DNA of 63,511 bases, counting the filler, from Octopus bimaculoides (taxonomy: Eukaryota): assembly GCF_001194135.2 (NCBI RefSeq). It is 9 parts of 8 records of this genome, joined end to end, with 100 filler letters (N's around TTAATTAATTAA, not from the genome) between each part and the next. Parts side by side here need not be neighbours in the genome. Positions count along the whole stretch, not along the records: positions 20,931 to 27,384 come from NC_068989.1; positions 27,485 to 45,747 come from NC_068988.1; 7 more parts are not named here. The stretch is one strand, 5' to 3'. The stretch's first letter is position 1, and every line of letters begins with the position of its first letter. Positions 26,503 through 38,679 of the stretch are shown here, piece by piece. The notes under the pieces are model-generated. The model saw only the letters and a program-made list of their open reading frames with translations, had not been told where the DNA came from and did no database searches. Made by a program: the position numbers and the translations under genes.

Positions 26503-26749
26503 TTGGGTTGGTGCATAATTATTGAGGCTTCTTTTCAACAAAATTCATTCAACAAAAACAACAACAATATTTAACAAAAACATCTTTAAATGACGGCCTG
26601 ACCGTCTACCAAGCAAAAGGGAAGCAGTAATTGATGTAGATGGTGAATATGTTCCGGAATAGTCATTTAAAGATGTTTTTGTTACATGTTATTGTTTTTG
26701 TTGAATAGAATTTATTGAAAAAAGCCGCAATAATATTGCACCAACAGAA
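26503..26749 (+). mobile_element. Mariner-derived MITE with about 90-bp TIRs
   Basis: TA on both flanks. 26503-26594 pairs with 26662-26749. The core encodes DRLPSKREAVIDVDGEYVPE*, resembling a mariner transposase C-terminus. Confidence 0.85.
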
Positions 26750-27509
26750 TATACGCGTGTGTGAGTAACTCTTCGAGACGCAAGTGTTTTAATGATGGCA
26801 TCTGATGAAGGATATGTGGCCTCTGTGTTTTTTGTACCTTGTTTATCATTTTGTCTATGTTTTTTTTGCAAAATCATGTAACCAGATATGTATCTATATG
26901 TACAAGTAGATGAAGGTACGTACATACATATATATATGCATATACTCATATATTATCTATATATATATATGTACTTTACTTATTCTATCGAAAACATCCG
27001 ACCCACATATCCAGCCAGCTATTACACTACGCCATTTTTTATTACCAAGTTTATTCATCTCTACACGCCCCACAACCTGTTCAAATAAATGATGATCATT
27101 GCCTTTTATTATTACCATCCAACCCAACAACCTAACCCCTTTTCCTTTTATCAGCTCCTTAACTGAATCGACAGAAACTATATCTCTCTTAACTGAATCG
27201 ATAGAAGCTAAATATCTATAGGATCTCTAAAATTCTCAGTCCGAACAAGCTATGTGATTTGAATCATCAAATGCCTTAACAATTATCATACACCTATATT
27301 CATATGTAACGATTAAAATAAAAAACTCAAATTAGGCAATCACTTTCTTTTACATACGCAAACATGGTTATAAATCCAATTAATNNNNNNNNNNNNNNNN
27401 NNNNNNNNNNNNNNNNNNNNNNNNNNNNTTAATTAATTAANNNNNNNNNNNNNNNNNNNNNNNNNNNNNNNNNNNNNNNNNNNNTATGGATATTACAATA
27501 TACACACAC

Positions 27510-29101
27510 ATATCATCATCATCATCATCATCATCATCGTTTAACGTCCGCCTTCCATGCTAGCATGGGTTGGACGATTTGACTGAGGACTGGCGAACCA
27601 GATGGCTGCACCATGCTCCAATCGGATCTGTCAGAGTTTCTACAGCTGGATGCCCTTCCTAACGCCAACCACTCCATGAGTGTAGTGGGTGCTTTTACGT
27701 GTCACCGGTACGAGGGCCAGTCAGGCAGTACTGGCAACAGCCACACTCAAAATAGTGTTTTTCACGTGCCACCAGCACAAGTGCCAGTAAGGCAATGCTG
27801 GTAACGATCACACCCAAATGGCGCTATTTATGTGCCACTGGCACAGAAGCCAGACAGCTGTTCTGGCAATGATCACACTCGGATGGTGCTCTTAGCACTC
27901 CACTGGCACAGGTGCTAGTCATCGAATTTGGTTCAATCACAATTTCAATTTCACTTGCCCCAACAGGTCTTCGCAAGCCAAGTTTAGTGTCCAATGAAGG
28001 AGAGGTTGGCATGGGTACCAGTCGTCGAATTTGGTCCGATTTCGATTTCACTTGTCTCAACAGGTCTTCGCAAGCAGTTTCCAATGAAGGAAAGNNNNNN
28101 NNNNNNNNNNNNNNNNNNNNNNNNNNNNNNNNNNNNNNNNNNNNNNNNNNNNNNNNNNNNNNNNNNNNNNNNNNNNNNNNNNNNNNNNNNNNNNNNNNNN
28201 NNNNNNNNNNNNNNNNNNNNNNNNNNNNNNNNNNNNNNNNNNNNNNNNNNNNNNNNNNNNNNNNNNNNNNNNNNNNNNNNNNNNNNNNNNNNNNNNNNNN
28301 NNNNNNNNNNNNNNNNNNNNNNNNNNNNNNNNNNNNNNNNNNNNNNNNNNNNNNNNNNNNNNNNNNNNNNNNNNNNNNNNNNNNNNNNNNNNNNNNNNNN
28401 NNNNNNNNNNNNNNGGTCTTCCTGGGTCTACCTCTTCCACAGGTTCCCTCAACCGCTAGGGTGTGGCACTTTTTCGCACAGCTATCCTCATCCATTCTCG
28501 CCAAATGACCATACCAGCGCAATCGTCTCTCTTGAACACCACAACTGATGCTTCTTAGGTCCAACTTTTCTCTCAAAGTACTTACACTCTGTCAAGTATG
28601 CACACTAACATTACACATCCATCAGAGCATGTCTTCAGCAGTTACAGCCCATGTTTCATTGCCATGTAGCATGGCTGTTCATACACATGCGTCATACAGT
28701 CTGCTTTTTACTCTGAGTGAGAGGCTCTTTGTCACCAGTAAGAGCTCTCTGAACTTTGCCCAGGCTATTCTTGCGCACCCTCCCCCGCTACTGACTCGGT
28801 CACCTAGATAACGGAAGCTATCAACTGCTTCTAGTTTTTCTCCCTGGAATGTGGCAGAAGTTGTTTTCTGCATATTTTCAGTGTTTATTGCTCCTGAACA
28901 TCTGCCACATACAAAAACTATCTTGCTAGTTAGCCTTCCTTTGATATTGCTGCACCTCTTATGTATCCATAGCTTACACTGGGTACATCTTATAGAGTTT
29001 CTACCTACACCTTTTCTACAGATTGAGCAGGGCCATCTACCTGAAGGGGTTTGTGTTTTGTCTACCTTTCTACTTATTAGGACTTTGGTTTTAGCTAGGT
29101 T
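27510..29101 (-). mobile_element. RTE-clade LINE, 3' portion (ORF2 C-terminus, 3' UTR, (GAT)n tail), with an internal gap
   Basis: NLAKTKV..PHD-like finger..LEAVDSFRYLGD..ARIAWAKFREL..KSRLYDACV, then RRLRWYGHLARMDE..GRGRPRKT. (cat)n tail at 27510-27538. Confidence 0.9.
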
Positions 29102-29104
29102 GTC

Positions 29105-29285
29105 AGCATCATGATTATAAGATTGTGGTTTCGATTCCTGGACTGGGCAACGTTGCTTCACTCCACTCAGCTGGCAAAAATGAGTAACACTGCGATGGAC
29201 TGGCGTCCTGTCCAGATGGGAACATATATGCCATTGAAACCGGGAAACCGGGCCCATGAGCCTGGCTAGGCTTTAAAAGGGTGCA
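29105..29285 (+). mobile_element. SINE family B, abutting or truncating the RTE copy
   Basis: B-box gtttcgattcc and the family B body. Confidence 0.8.
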
Positions 29286-29300
29286 TTTATTTATTATCAT

Positions 29301-29343
<43 letters not shown>

Positions 29344-29600
29344 ATCTATCTATCTATCTATGTATCTATACACACACACACAAACACACATATGTATGTA
29401 TATATATTTTATATGTGCATGTGTGTGTGTTTATATATATACTCATATTATACACACATACATACAGACCTATCAAGTAAGGGATCAGAATTTCAACCAA
29501 GTTAGGTCTGAGATTATTTATATATCAATATGTCTGTCTGTATATCAATCTCTCTCTATATATGCATTCATATATATCTATATTTACACGTATATATTAA

Positions 29601-30087
29601 AGGCTCAGGCTTAGTTGTATGATTAAGAAGTTTACTTTGTAATTATGCATTTCAGTCCCACTGCATGATAACTTTGGGACAACCAAAGCATTGTGTGTGG
29701 ATTTGATAGATGGAGACTGAATGACACCTGTCATATGTATATGTGTGTATGTGTATGGTGGAATGTGCGTGCATGCATGTGTGTGTGTGCCTGTGTATGT
29801 GTGTGCATGTGCATGTGCATGTGTATGTGCCTATGTGTTTGTGTGTTTGTGTGTGTATGTGTGTGTGTGTGTGTCCCCAATGGTTTTGACATTCTTTGAT
29901 GTTTGTAGATAAGCATTGTTCATTTCCAATCTTCCATAGAAACAAAACTTGTCTGGCCATTGAGAAATATTACATTGCTTGAAAATAGGTGTGAATTGGT
30001 GATAGGAAGGGTATCTGATCATAGAAAATCTACCTCAACCAATTCCACCTGACCTGTGTAAGCATGGAAAAGTTAAAGGATAATGAT
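29601..30087 (+). mobile_element. Composite SINE family C: tRNA-like head, (TG)n middle, RTE-like 3' tail
   Basis: Head gattaagaag...cagtcccactgc is also seen on the minus strand near 37020-37095. Tail ggaagggtatc...gcatggaaaag..gataatgat resembles the RTE 3' end at 27540-27670. Confidence 0.6.
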
Positions 30088-30111
30088 CTTTTTTGAGTCA
30101 TATAGATTCAT

Positions 30112-30374
30112 AGGACCTGTTTCCCAGATTTTTTTGTGTATATATTCCCTGCTGGACAAGATGCTCATCCATCACAGGAATATTCCTTTTTGCCACGTTA
30201 AAGGCACCCATGCTGGCGACATGTAGAAGGCACCTGGTATACTCTGTGGAGTGGTTGGTGTTAGAAACCAAGTTGCATCAGATTGGAGCCTGGTGCAGTC
30301 CTCTGGCTTACCAGTTCCAGTCAGACTGTCTAACACATGTCAGCATAGAAGACAGAAACTAAATAATGAGGATA

Positions 30375-30423
<49 letters not shown>

Positions 30424-30542
30424 GTGGACTGGAGCAACATGAAATGAAGTGTTTTGCTCAAAAACACAATGCATCACCCGGTCCAGGAATCGAAACCACA
30501 ATCTTACGATCAAGAGTCCAACATCCTAACTACTAAGCTATG
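30112..30542 (-). mobile_element. SINE family B split by an insertion
   Basis: Tail half 30112-30194 and head half 30421-30542 rejoin as tttgcca/tgagtggactggagcaac. Confidence 0.75.
30195..30420 (+). mobile_element. 5'-truncated RTE 3' end with (GAT)n tail, inserted in a SINE
   Basis: ggagtggttggtgttag...cagattggagcctggtgcag matches the reverse complement of 27560-27680. Confidence 0.75.
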
Positions 30543-30618
30543 TATTTCCACTCCCAAGCATGGAAAAGTGCACACTCACATATGTGAGAGTATATATGTG
30601 TGAGTGTATGTATATATA

Positions 30619-30698
<80 letters not shown>

Positions 30699-30740
30699 TA
30701 TATATGTGTATATAGTCTGTTAAAGTCTGTCATACCGGCC

Positions 30741-30773
30741 ATGACGAAGGGAAATAGCCCTGAAACTCGAGTC
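30741..30773 (+). ncRNA. Degenerate type I hammerhead motif
   Basis: ATGACGA-AGGG-aaatag-CCCT-GAAAC-TCGA-GTC. The core C is mutated and stem I is not evident. Confidence 0.55.
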
Positions 30774-31051
30774 ACCTTTACATATTTATATTTATATATT
30801 TGATCCTTTATATTGAACACTCAATATTTCATCTACATTCAATACTTTATTTCATGGTGCCATCCATTTTTATTTTATTTTATTTTATATTATATATTGT
30901 ATATTCCATATTCTATACCCCACATTGGTTCTGCAGGAATATAAATAAAACATAAAAAACAGACAGTGTTGGAACTCTTTTAAACAAAATAATATATTCC
31001 TCTATACACAATCATACAAAAAAAAACCCTTTTTTGTATTTATTTTTACTA

Positions 31052-31084
<33 letters not shown>

Positions 31085-31088
<4 letters not shown>

Positions 31089-31616
31089 GTCTGATCAAAA
31101 ATGTCAGGACTGTTTCTATGGTAATGAGGCTAAAGTACACATAGTGAAGTTGTTTGGTACAGACTGACATTGAACTCTGCCATGCATGCACACTGAGTTA
31201 TAATGTTCTCATTCACTTCCCTTATTTATAGAAGTGTTAGGAATTAAAGTGTATAGAGTGGGGTCATCTTAAAAAAAATTGATTGGGTTTTAGCTGTACA
31301 GGATCTCCTTGATTGTATCAGGTGATGAATCATGGGTCTATGGCTATGAACCCCAAAACCAAGGCACAATCTTCACAGTGAAAGAATCCAACAAGATTTC
31401 ATGGTGTTGAGAAAATTCAAGAGAACGCAACAAGGCAGCTGCTCACTATCCACCAAAAAGAAGAGTTCCAGGAATGCTTCCACCAATTGAAACGACACTG
31501 GATAAAGTGTGTGGCTTCAGAAGGAGTTTATTTCAAAGGAGATTAAATCCAAAATTGATATGTATTGTAGTTTTCTTTTTATAGCACCAGTCCCAATAGT
31601 TTTTGATCAGACCTCA
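31085..31616 (+). mobile_element. Internally deleted mariner element
   Basis: TIRs tgaggtctgatcaaaaa / tttttgatcagacctca with TA flanks. Remnants GDESWVYGY.P.TKAQSSQ and QECFHQLKRHW.KCVASEG.YF.GD*. Confidence 0.88.
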
Positions 31617-31655
31617 TATATACTGTCTATCTATATCTATATGCATATACATACT

Positions 31656-31717
<62 letters not shown>

Positions 31718-32534
31718 TACATACATACATACATGTGTGTGTGTATTTAATAAACCCTAGCACTGTTGCATATTATATACTTTATGTAGAGGCTCACCTA
31801 TACATACAGTTCAAATTCTACTCACAAAGGTATTAGTGCATATACACTTCATGTACATGCATATACAATATTATACATATTACAGGCTTTTAATGGTCTA
31901 AGCTGTTATTGATCGGAAATAAAGGGAGAAAATAAGAGAAATCAAAGCTAAAAACTGAACTTCAGGCTAGCAATACAAATTGAAAGGAAACACCATATTG
32001 AATTTGACCAAGTTACTGCAAATCTATGTGTAAAAATGGAAAAATGAGCTCAAATGAGATAATAGATCGATATTAAAGAAATTCAGTATACAGAGTTCTG
32101 ATTAGTGAAATATTCTGTCATATTGCAGAATGGTGCAAGACTGTTTTATACACCATAGCCTCTCTATACTGTATTCTACACAACATACTTCTATCATGAT
32201 TCTCAGTGTTCAGTTTCTTGAGCTCATGAGTTTTGTTTTGAATTTTTTTTTCTTGTATTCTTGTTTTAGTACACTTAGTTGTTGGTTTTGGTTTCTCTGA
32301 TTGCTAGTGTGTCAGACTGTTTGTCTGCCTACTTGCCTACACATCTGTCTGTCTGCTTAGTTGTATCAGACAGTCTATTTGTCCGTCTGCATGTAGTATA
32401 TATGTGTATATGTGTATTGATGTATGTATGTTTGTAGGCATGCATGTATGTGTACACACACACACACATACCTGCCTCTGTGCACATAATAATAATACTA
32501 ATAACAATGATAATCATCGTCATAATAACGATAA

Positions 32535-32700
32535 TGGTTTCAGAGTTTGAAACAAGACCAGCATTACAGGAGAGGGATTAAGTTGAGTACATCGACCCCA
32601 GTGTTCAACTGGTACTTATGTTATCGACCCTGAAAGGTAAAGTTGATTTCAGTAGAATTTGAACTCGGAATATGAAGACAGATGAAATGCTACCAAATAT
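32535..32700 (-). mobile_element. SINE family A, partial
   Basis: atcgaccccagtgttcaactggtactt...gaatttgaactcggaat. Confidence 0.75.
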
Positions 32701-32711
32701 TTTGCCCAGTG

Positions 32712-32985
32712 TTATTTCTTTACTACCCACAAGGGGCTACACACAGAGGGGACAAACAAGGACAGACAAACAGATTAAGTCGATTATATCGACCCCAGTG
32801 CGTAAGTGGTACTTATTTAATCGACCCCGAAAGGAGGCGTATTGTACAATACAAGCGTCGAAATGTGTATTGTACGGTAAAACAAGAAGATGATATTTTT
32901 TCGAACGCAGTATCACCTGTTCTAACGGCAATACTGAGTTCGAAAAAATATCTTCTTTGTGTGCTACTGGTTCTGCCAGCTTGCC
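32712..32985 (-). mobile_element. SINE family A variant with a rearranged, hairpin-containing centre
   Basis: Family A tail to 32835 and head end ttctgccagcttgcc at about 32970-32985, with non-standard sequence between them. Confidence 0.65.
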
Positions 32986-33055
32986 ACATTTTTCTTTGTA
33001 TTAAAGGTACAAGACCTGGAATATTTGGAGAGTATATTTGCTACATTTATATTTA

Positions 33056-33175
33056 CTATCCTGAAAGGATGAAAGGCAAAGTCAACATTGGTGGCTTTTG
33101 AACTCAGAATGTAAGGACGGAAAAAAATGGCACTCAGCATTTTGTCTAATGTGACAACAATTCTACCAGCACACT
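33056..33175 (-). mobile_element. SINE family A, head half
   Basis: ctgaaaggatgaaaggcaaagtc...gaactcagaatg...ttctaccagc. Confidence 0.75.
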
Positions 33176-33185
33176 ACATATTCTT

Positions 33186-33615
33186 CTCAATACTACTGAT
33201 TTGCTTGTCACTTGCTTGACTGCAACCAGTTGAGCATGTTCCTTAGTGGCTGATGATATGTGCTTCTCTGATCATGAATGTCTGTAGTGGTGGAACATCA
33301 TAGCCATATGTTGAGAGGGATTCTTTGGTATTTGAATAAGTTACCCCTGGAAACATGGATGTTTTGTTCATCCTCCTTAAACAACCCTTATTCAGGGATC
33401 TTTTCAGCAGGATGGGCTACTTGACATGAAGAAAATTCTAACTGGGCCCCACCTGCAAGGTGGGGCCCACTGTTTATGTTGGTATGAGGTCATCATGTCA
33501 CACACATATGGCTGTGATGTGTGCGCCTGGTGTACCCTTATTAGATGGGTGGTCAGGATGGGTATTTTGGGCTTCATATATTTGTACCCCAGTGCCACTT
33601 TGATGGCATGCAATG
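33186..33615. mobile_element. Unclassified interspersed repeat, family D. Also 42929-43460 (same orientation) and 54835-54995 (opposite orientation)
   Basis: Colinear alignment over about 430 bp, e.g. gttgagagggattctttgg, ccttaaacaacccttattcag, gggcttcatatatttgta. Ends at (AAT)n; probably a retroposon 3' region. Confidence 0.8.
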
Positions 33616-33619
33616 ATAA

Positions 33620-33838
33620 TAATGGTTTCCAAGTTTGACACGAAGCTAGAAAGTTTGGAGAAGAGTGTAATTTGATTACATCAACTCCAGTGTACAGCAG
33701 GTACTTATTTCATTAGCCCTGAAGAAATGACAGGCAAAGTCAACCTTGGCACAGTTTGAACTCAGAATGTTAAGAGGGACAAAATGTCACTAAGCAGTTT
33801 GCCCAGTGTGCTAGTGATTCTGCCAGGTCATGCCTTTC
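33620..33838 (-). mobile_element. SINE family A
   Basis: Full alignment to the other family A copies. Confidence 0.8.
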
Positions 33839-35298
33839 ATCAATAATAATAAATTCATGGAACTTTTCCTGGGTCAAAAAAATTAAAATGAATATATGAG
33901 ACAGAAAAAAAAAAAAAACAATAGGCACAAACAAAAACAAGAGAACAACAACAAAAAGAAAAAATATAATTCTAAAATATGACAGAACAAACAAAATTTC
34001 ATTTTATAAATTTATTTTATTTCAAATAAAAAATATCGATAGGAAATAAACAGTATTATAATGTAGTATATTCAATACATTATGAAAGAAGTTTAGGAAA
34101 AAAATTTCAAAAAAAAAATAATAAATTAAAAAAAGGAGAAATTTTCCGGTGGAGATAAGTAACAATTAATTATTCATTTAGACTTGATAACGATTCGATT
34201 TGAAATCACTTCATCTGCATTTGAAATTAGCGTCTGTNNNNNNNNNNNNNNNNNNNNNNNNNNNNNNNNNNNNNNNNNNNNNNNNNNNNNNNNNNNNNNN
34301 NNNNNNNNNNNNNNNNNNNNNNNNNNNNNNNNNNNNNNNNNNNNNNNNNNNNNNNNNNNNNNNNNNNNNNNNNNNNNNNNNNNNNNNNNNNNNNNNNNNN
34401 NNNNNNNNNNNNNNNNNNNNNNNNNNNNNNNNNNNNNNNNNNNNNNNNNNNNNNNNNNNNNNNNNNNNNNNNNNNNNNNNNNNNNNNNNNNNNNNNNNNN
34501 NNNNNNNNNNNNNNNNNNNNNNNNNNNNNNNNNNNNNNNNNNNNNNNNNNNNNNNNNNNNNNNNNNNNNNNNNNNNNNNNNNNNNNNNNNNNNNNNNNNN
34601 NNNNNNNNNNNNNNNNNNNNNNNNNNNNNNNNNNNNNNNNNNNNNNNNNNNNNNNNNNNNNNNNNNNNNNNNNNNNNNNNNNNNNNNNNNNNNNNNNNNN
34701 NNNNNNNNNNNNNNNNNNNNNNNNNNNNNNNNNNNNNNNNNNNNNNNNNNNNNNNNNNNNNNNNNNNNNNNNNNNNNNNNNNNNNNNNNNNNNNNNNNNN
34801 NNNNNNNNNNNNNNNNNNNNNNNNNNNNNNNNNNNNNNNNNNNNNNNNNNNNNNNNNNNNNNNNNNNNNNNNNNNNNNNNNNNNNNNNNNNATATGCAGA
34901 TATATATATGCTTATACATAGATATGTATATTTGTTTTGATTTTATATGTTGAAACAATAGAAAGACTACTAAATACATAACAGGAGGCTTTTCAGTCAG
35001 GTTTATCCATTGAAAAGCTGAAGTTTCATTTCCAACATTACCCAGGGTTTCTTGGCAAGATGCTCTTCAGGACATGTCTGAGTCACTGACTCATCTGATG
35101 ATCGGTCTAGTAAGAAACTGTGTATAACTACGGAGTGAAACTTTATATCTGAATAAATGTACACACACACACACGCACACAGACTTATATACACATGCAT
35201 GCACATACACATACAAACAAACACACACATATATATACATGTATAAATATGCATGCACATAACTTGAATATACACAGATACAAAGATACATACATATT

Positions 35299-35332
<34 letters not shown>

Positions 35333-35840
35333 NNNNNNNNNNNNNNNNNNNNNNNNNNNNNNNNNNNNNNNNNNNNNNNNNNNNNNNNNNNNNNNNNNNN
35401 NNNNNNNNNNNNNNNNNNNNNNNNNNNNNNNNNNNNNNNNNNNNNNNNNNNNNNNNNNNNNNNNNNNNNNNNNNNNNNNNNNNNNNNNNNNNNNNNNNNN
35501 NNNNNNNNNNNNNNNNNNNNNNNNNNNNNNNNNNNNNNNNNNNNNNNNNNNNNNNNNNNNNNNNNNNNNNNNNNNNNNNNNNNNNNNNNNNNNNNNNNNN
35601 NNNNNNNNNNNNNNNNNNNNNNNNNNNNNNNNNNNNNNNNNNNNNNNNNNNNNNNNNNNNNNNNNNNNNNNNNNNNNNNNNNNNNNNNNNNNNNNNNNNN
35701 NNNNNNNNNNNNNNNNNNNNNNNNNNNNNNNNNNNNNNNNNNNNNNNNNNNNNNNNNNNNNNNNNNNNNNNNNNNNNNNNNNNNNNNNNNNNNNNNNNNN
35801 NNNNNNNNNNNNNNNNNNNNNNNNNNNNNNNNNNNNNNNN

Positions 35841-35875
<35 letters not shown>

Positions 35876-36408
35876 TTATATGTACATGTAGATAAACATG
35901 TACAATATATGTGCATATGTTTTTAATTTAAAATTGATAAATATATCTCCTATATTATAAATCAATTATTTACCAAGAGCACATACACATAATTATGATG
36001 GTAGTGTTGATGGCAGTAGAGACTAAACTAGAAAAACCATTTGAGAGTATCTCTACAAATGATACATTTGCACCACACATTCTCAATCCTCCACTCAAAA
36101 GACGGGCCTAGAATTTAGCACTGCAGAGTAGCAAAGAACTTGCTAATGAAAAAGTCTTCTACTTGTTTACTGACATTTCTTTTCTCTCTATTCTGTTAAG
36201 CTATATAAGATTTATATGTATGTATATATATATATATACATATATATATATGACAGGGTTTATATAAACTTTGAACCTGATTGTGATCCCTTTCACAGTA
36301 ACCCCAAATGAGTGTTTTGTTTGATTACCTTATTATATATATGTGTGAGACGCAAAATTTTGGAGCATTTTGAATGATTCTGTAAGTCTATCTATCTTGC
36401 ATGCTTGC

Positions 36409-36459
<51 letters not shown>

Positions 36460-36769
36460 CTTGAATTGTTCTTTTATTTAGTTAATCTATGTATATTAAG
36501 ATATATTGCTCTGAATCAAGTTTATCAAGAACTTTCAATGGATTCTGCTTTAAAGATACATACATAATGTATTTTTATAAAAATATACACACACACGTGC
36601 ATATACATCTATGTATGGTGACAGGAAGGGCATCAGGCTGTATAAAATCTGTTTCAAATTAGGTCTGACTCAAGCATGAAAAAGTGGTTGTTAAATGATG
36701 TTGATTTTATATATATATAAACATACACACACGTGTGCGCACACATATATATATATATATGGTGGTGGT

Positions 36770-37095
36770 AGTTGTTTGATGTTGAGAATTCACTTGTTTG
36801 ATCAACCGGATTATTTGCTCTTGGAATTGTGATTGAGTATTCCACAGACGTATGTACCCTTAGAGTAATTCACAGGCATAAACAGCATTGCACAGTGTGT
36901 GTGTGACAAGACAATACTTGTTGAATTGCAGTTACAGTTACAATCCACCTGACAGAGACTTCTATATAGTTTCTATCTACCCAGTTTCATTGACAAAGTA
37001 TGGGTTGACTCAAGGTTATAGAACACACTTGCCCAAGATGCCATGCAGTGGAATCAAATCTGGGACTAGATGATACCAGTGGGAACTTCTTAACC
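36770..37095 (-). mobile_element. Degenerate SINE fragments: family E body (about 36770-36935) plus family C head (about 36950-37095)
   Basis: tccacagacgtatgtaccctta matches family E; cacttgcccaagatgccatgcagtgg...cttcttaaccat matches the family C head. Confidence 0.6.
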
Positions 37096-37102
37096 ATTTG
37101 AA

Positions 37103-37147
<45 letters not shown>

Positions 37148-37284
37148 GAGGAAAGGAGATAGGTAGAGAGAGGTGTTTGCAGTAATGGACGGTTTATTTC
37201 TTAATTTCTAAACTTCCTGAGATCTAAAAACATGAAAAGATAAATATAATAACAGTTTATTATTATCATTATCATTATCATCAC

Positions 37285-37354
<70 letters not shown>

Positions 37355-37789
37355 TGTGTTTTTCTTATTTAAAAAATTATTAATAAATGGAGGAATACTT
37401 CATTAAAAATGTCAGTGTTTAAAAATTAATAGCTTATAAATTTTGTGCTTTCTCTCTTTCATTCATTTTTTTCTTGTTTTTACAGATTGAAATTGCGTGC
37501 AGTGTTAAGAAATCTACAAATTAATAATTGATAACATCCCATTTTAACTGATTACTTTTGGTTCTTTGTGTATTTATTGTTATTATGCTTTATCTTTTTT
37601 GTGAAAAAAAGAGGAAAGAAAAAGAATTGGTAAAAATGTAAAACAAAACAACAAAACAAAAAGAAAACGAGAAATTTGTTGTAAATGATTTATAATAGTA
37701 ATAATAATAATAATAATAGTAGTAGTAGTAGTCGTAGTAGTAGTAATAATAATAATAATGATAATAATAATAAACTAAAACAGATACTG

Positions 37790-37905
37790 TAGGCTGAGCC
37801 AAAAGCTACACAGTATAAAAATGCAGTTGGCACAACAGCTGGAGTCATCATATCCTCACAGATGACAATATGCAGTTAAACTTTGTGACTTTTGGCTCAC
37901 CCTAT
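37790..37905. mobile_element. Tiny Tc1/mariner-type MITE
   Basis: taggctgagccaaaag ... ctttttggctcacccta inverted ends, 116 bp. Confidence 0.6.
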
Positions 37906-38406
37906 AGCATTGTTTACTGTTGGTTGGGTGTGCACTCCACAAAGGCACTCCTTCCCATTACTGGATTTCAATAATTCATTCAATTTTAGGTTTATTATTT
38001 AATTTTTTTTTATTGTCTGATTTAATAGGAATTTATTAAGTTCTTTGAAGAAGAAAAAAGGTTTTAATATACATACATATGTACATACATACATACTCAT
38101 GTATTTATCGCACCACCATANNNNNNNNNNNNNNNNNNNNNNNNNNNNNNNNNNNNNNNNNNNNNNNNNNNNNNNNNNNNNNNNNNNNNNNNNNNNNNNN
38201 NNNNNNNNNNNNNNNNNNNNNNNNNNNNNNNNNNNNNNNNNNNNNNNNNNNNNNNNNNNNNNNNNNNNNTATATATATATATATATGTGTGTGTATACCA
38301 TATTTTCTGGTTTAGAAATTGATGTAGTAGTAAATAGTTTAAACATATTGTAAACATGCTTACAACACCAATCCGTTTGTGTGTATGTGTGAGTGTGCAT
38401 ACACAG

Positions 38407-38489
<83 letters not shown>

Positions 38490-38679
38490 TACATACATAT
38501 ACATACATACATATACATACATACATATACATGCATACATATTTATAAAATGATGAATAACAGTAAACATTTACTGCTAAACTATCCAATAACTGATGTA
38601 GAGTCAAATTTGTTATGAAAGAAGGATTGACTCTCACTTTAAATGTCATCTGTCTTGAAGCTGGTTCAAACACATTTGC

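Noticed and set aside
29102-29257. N-terminal 52 aa of ORF 28679..29257
   Set aside because: Antisense read-through of the adjacent SINE; not part of the RTE protein.
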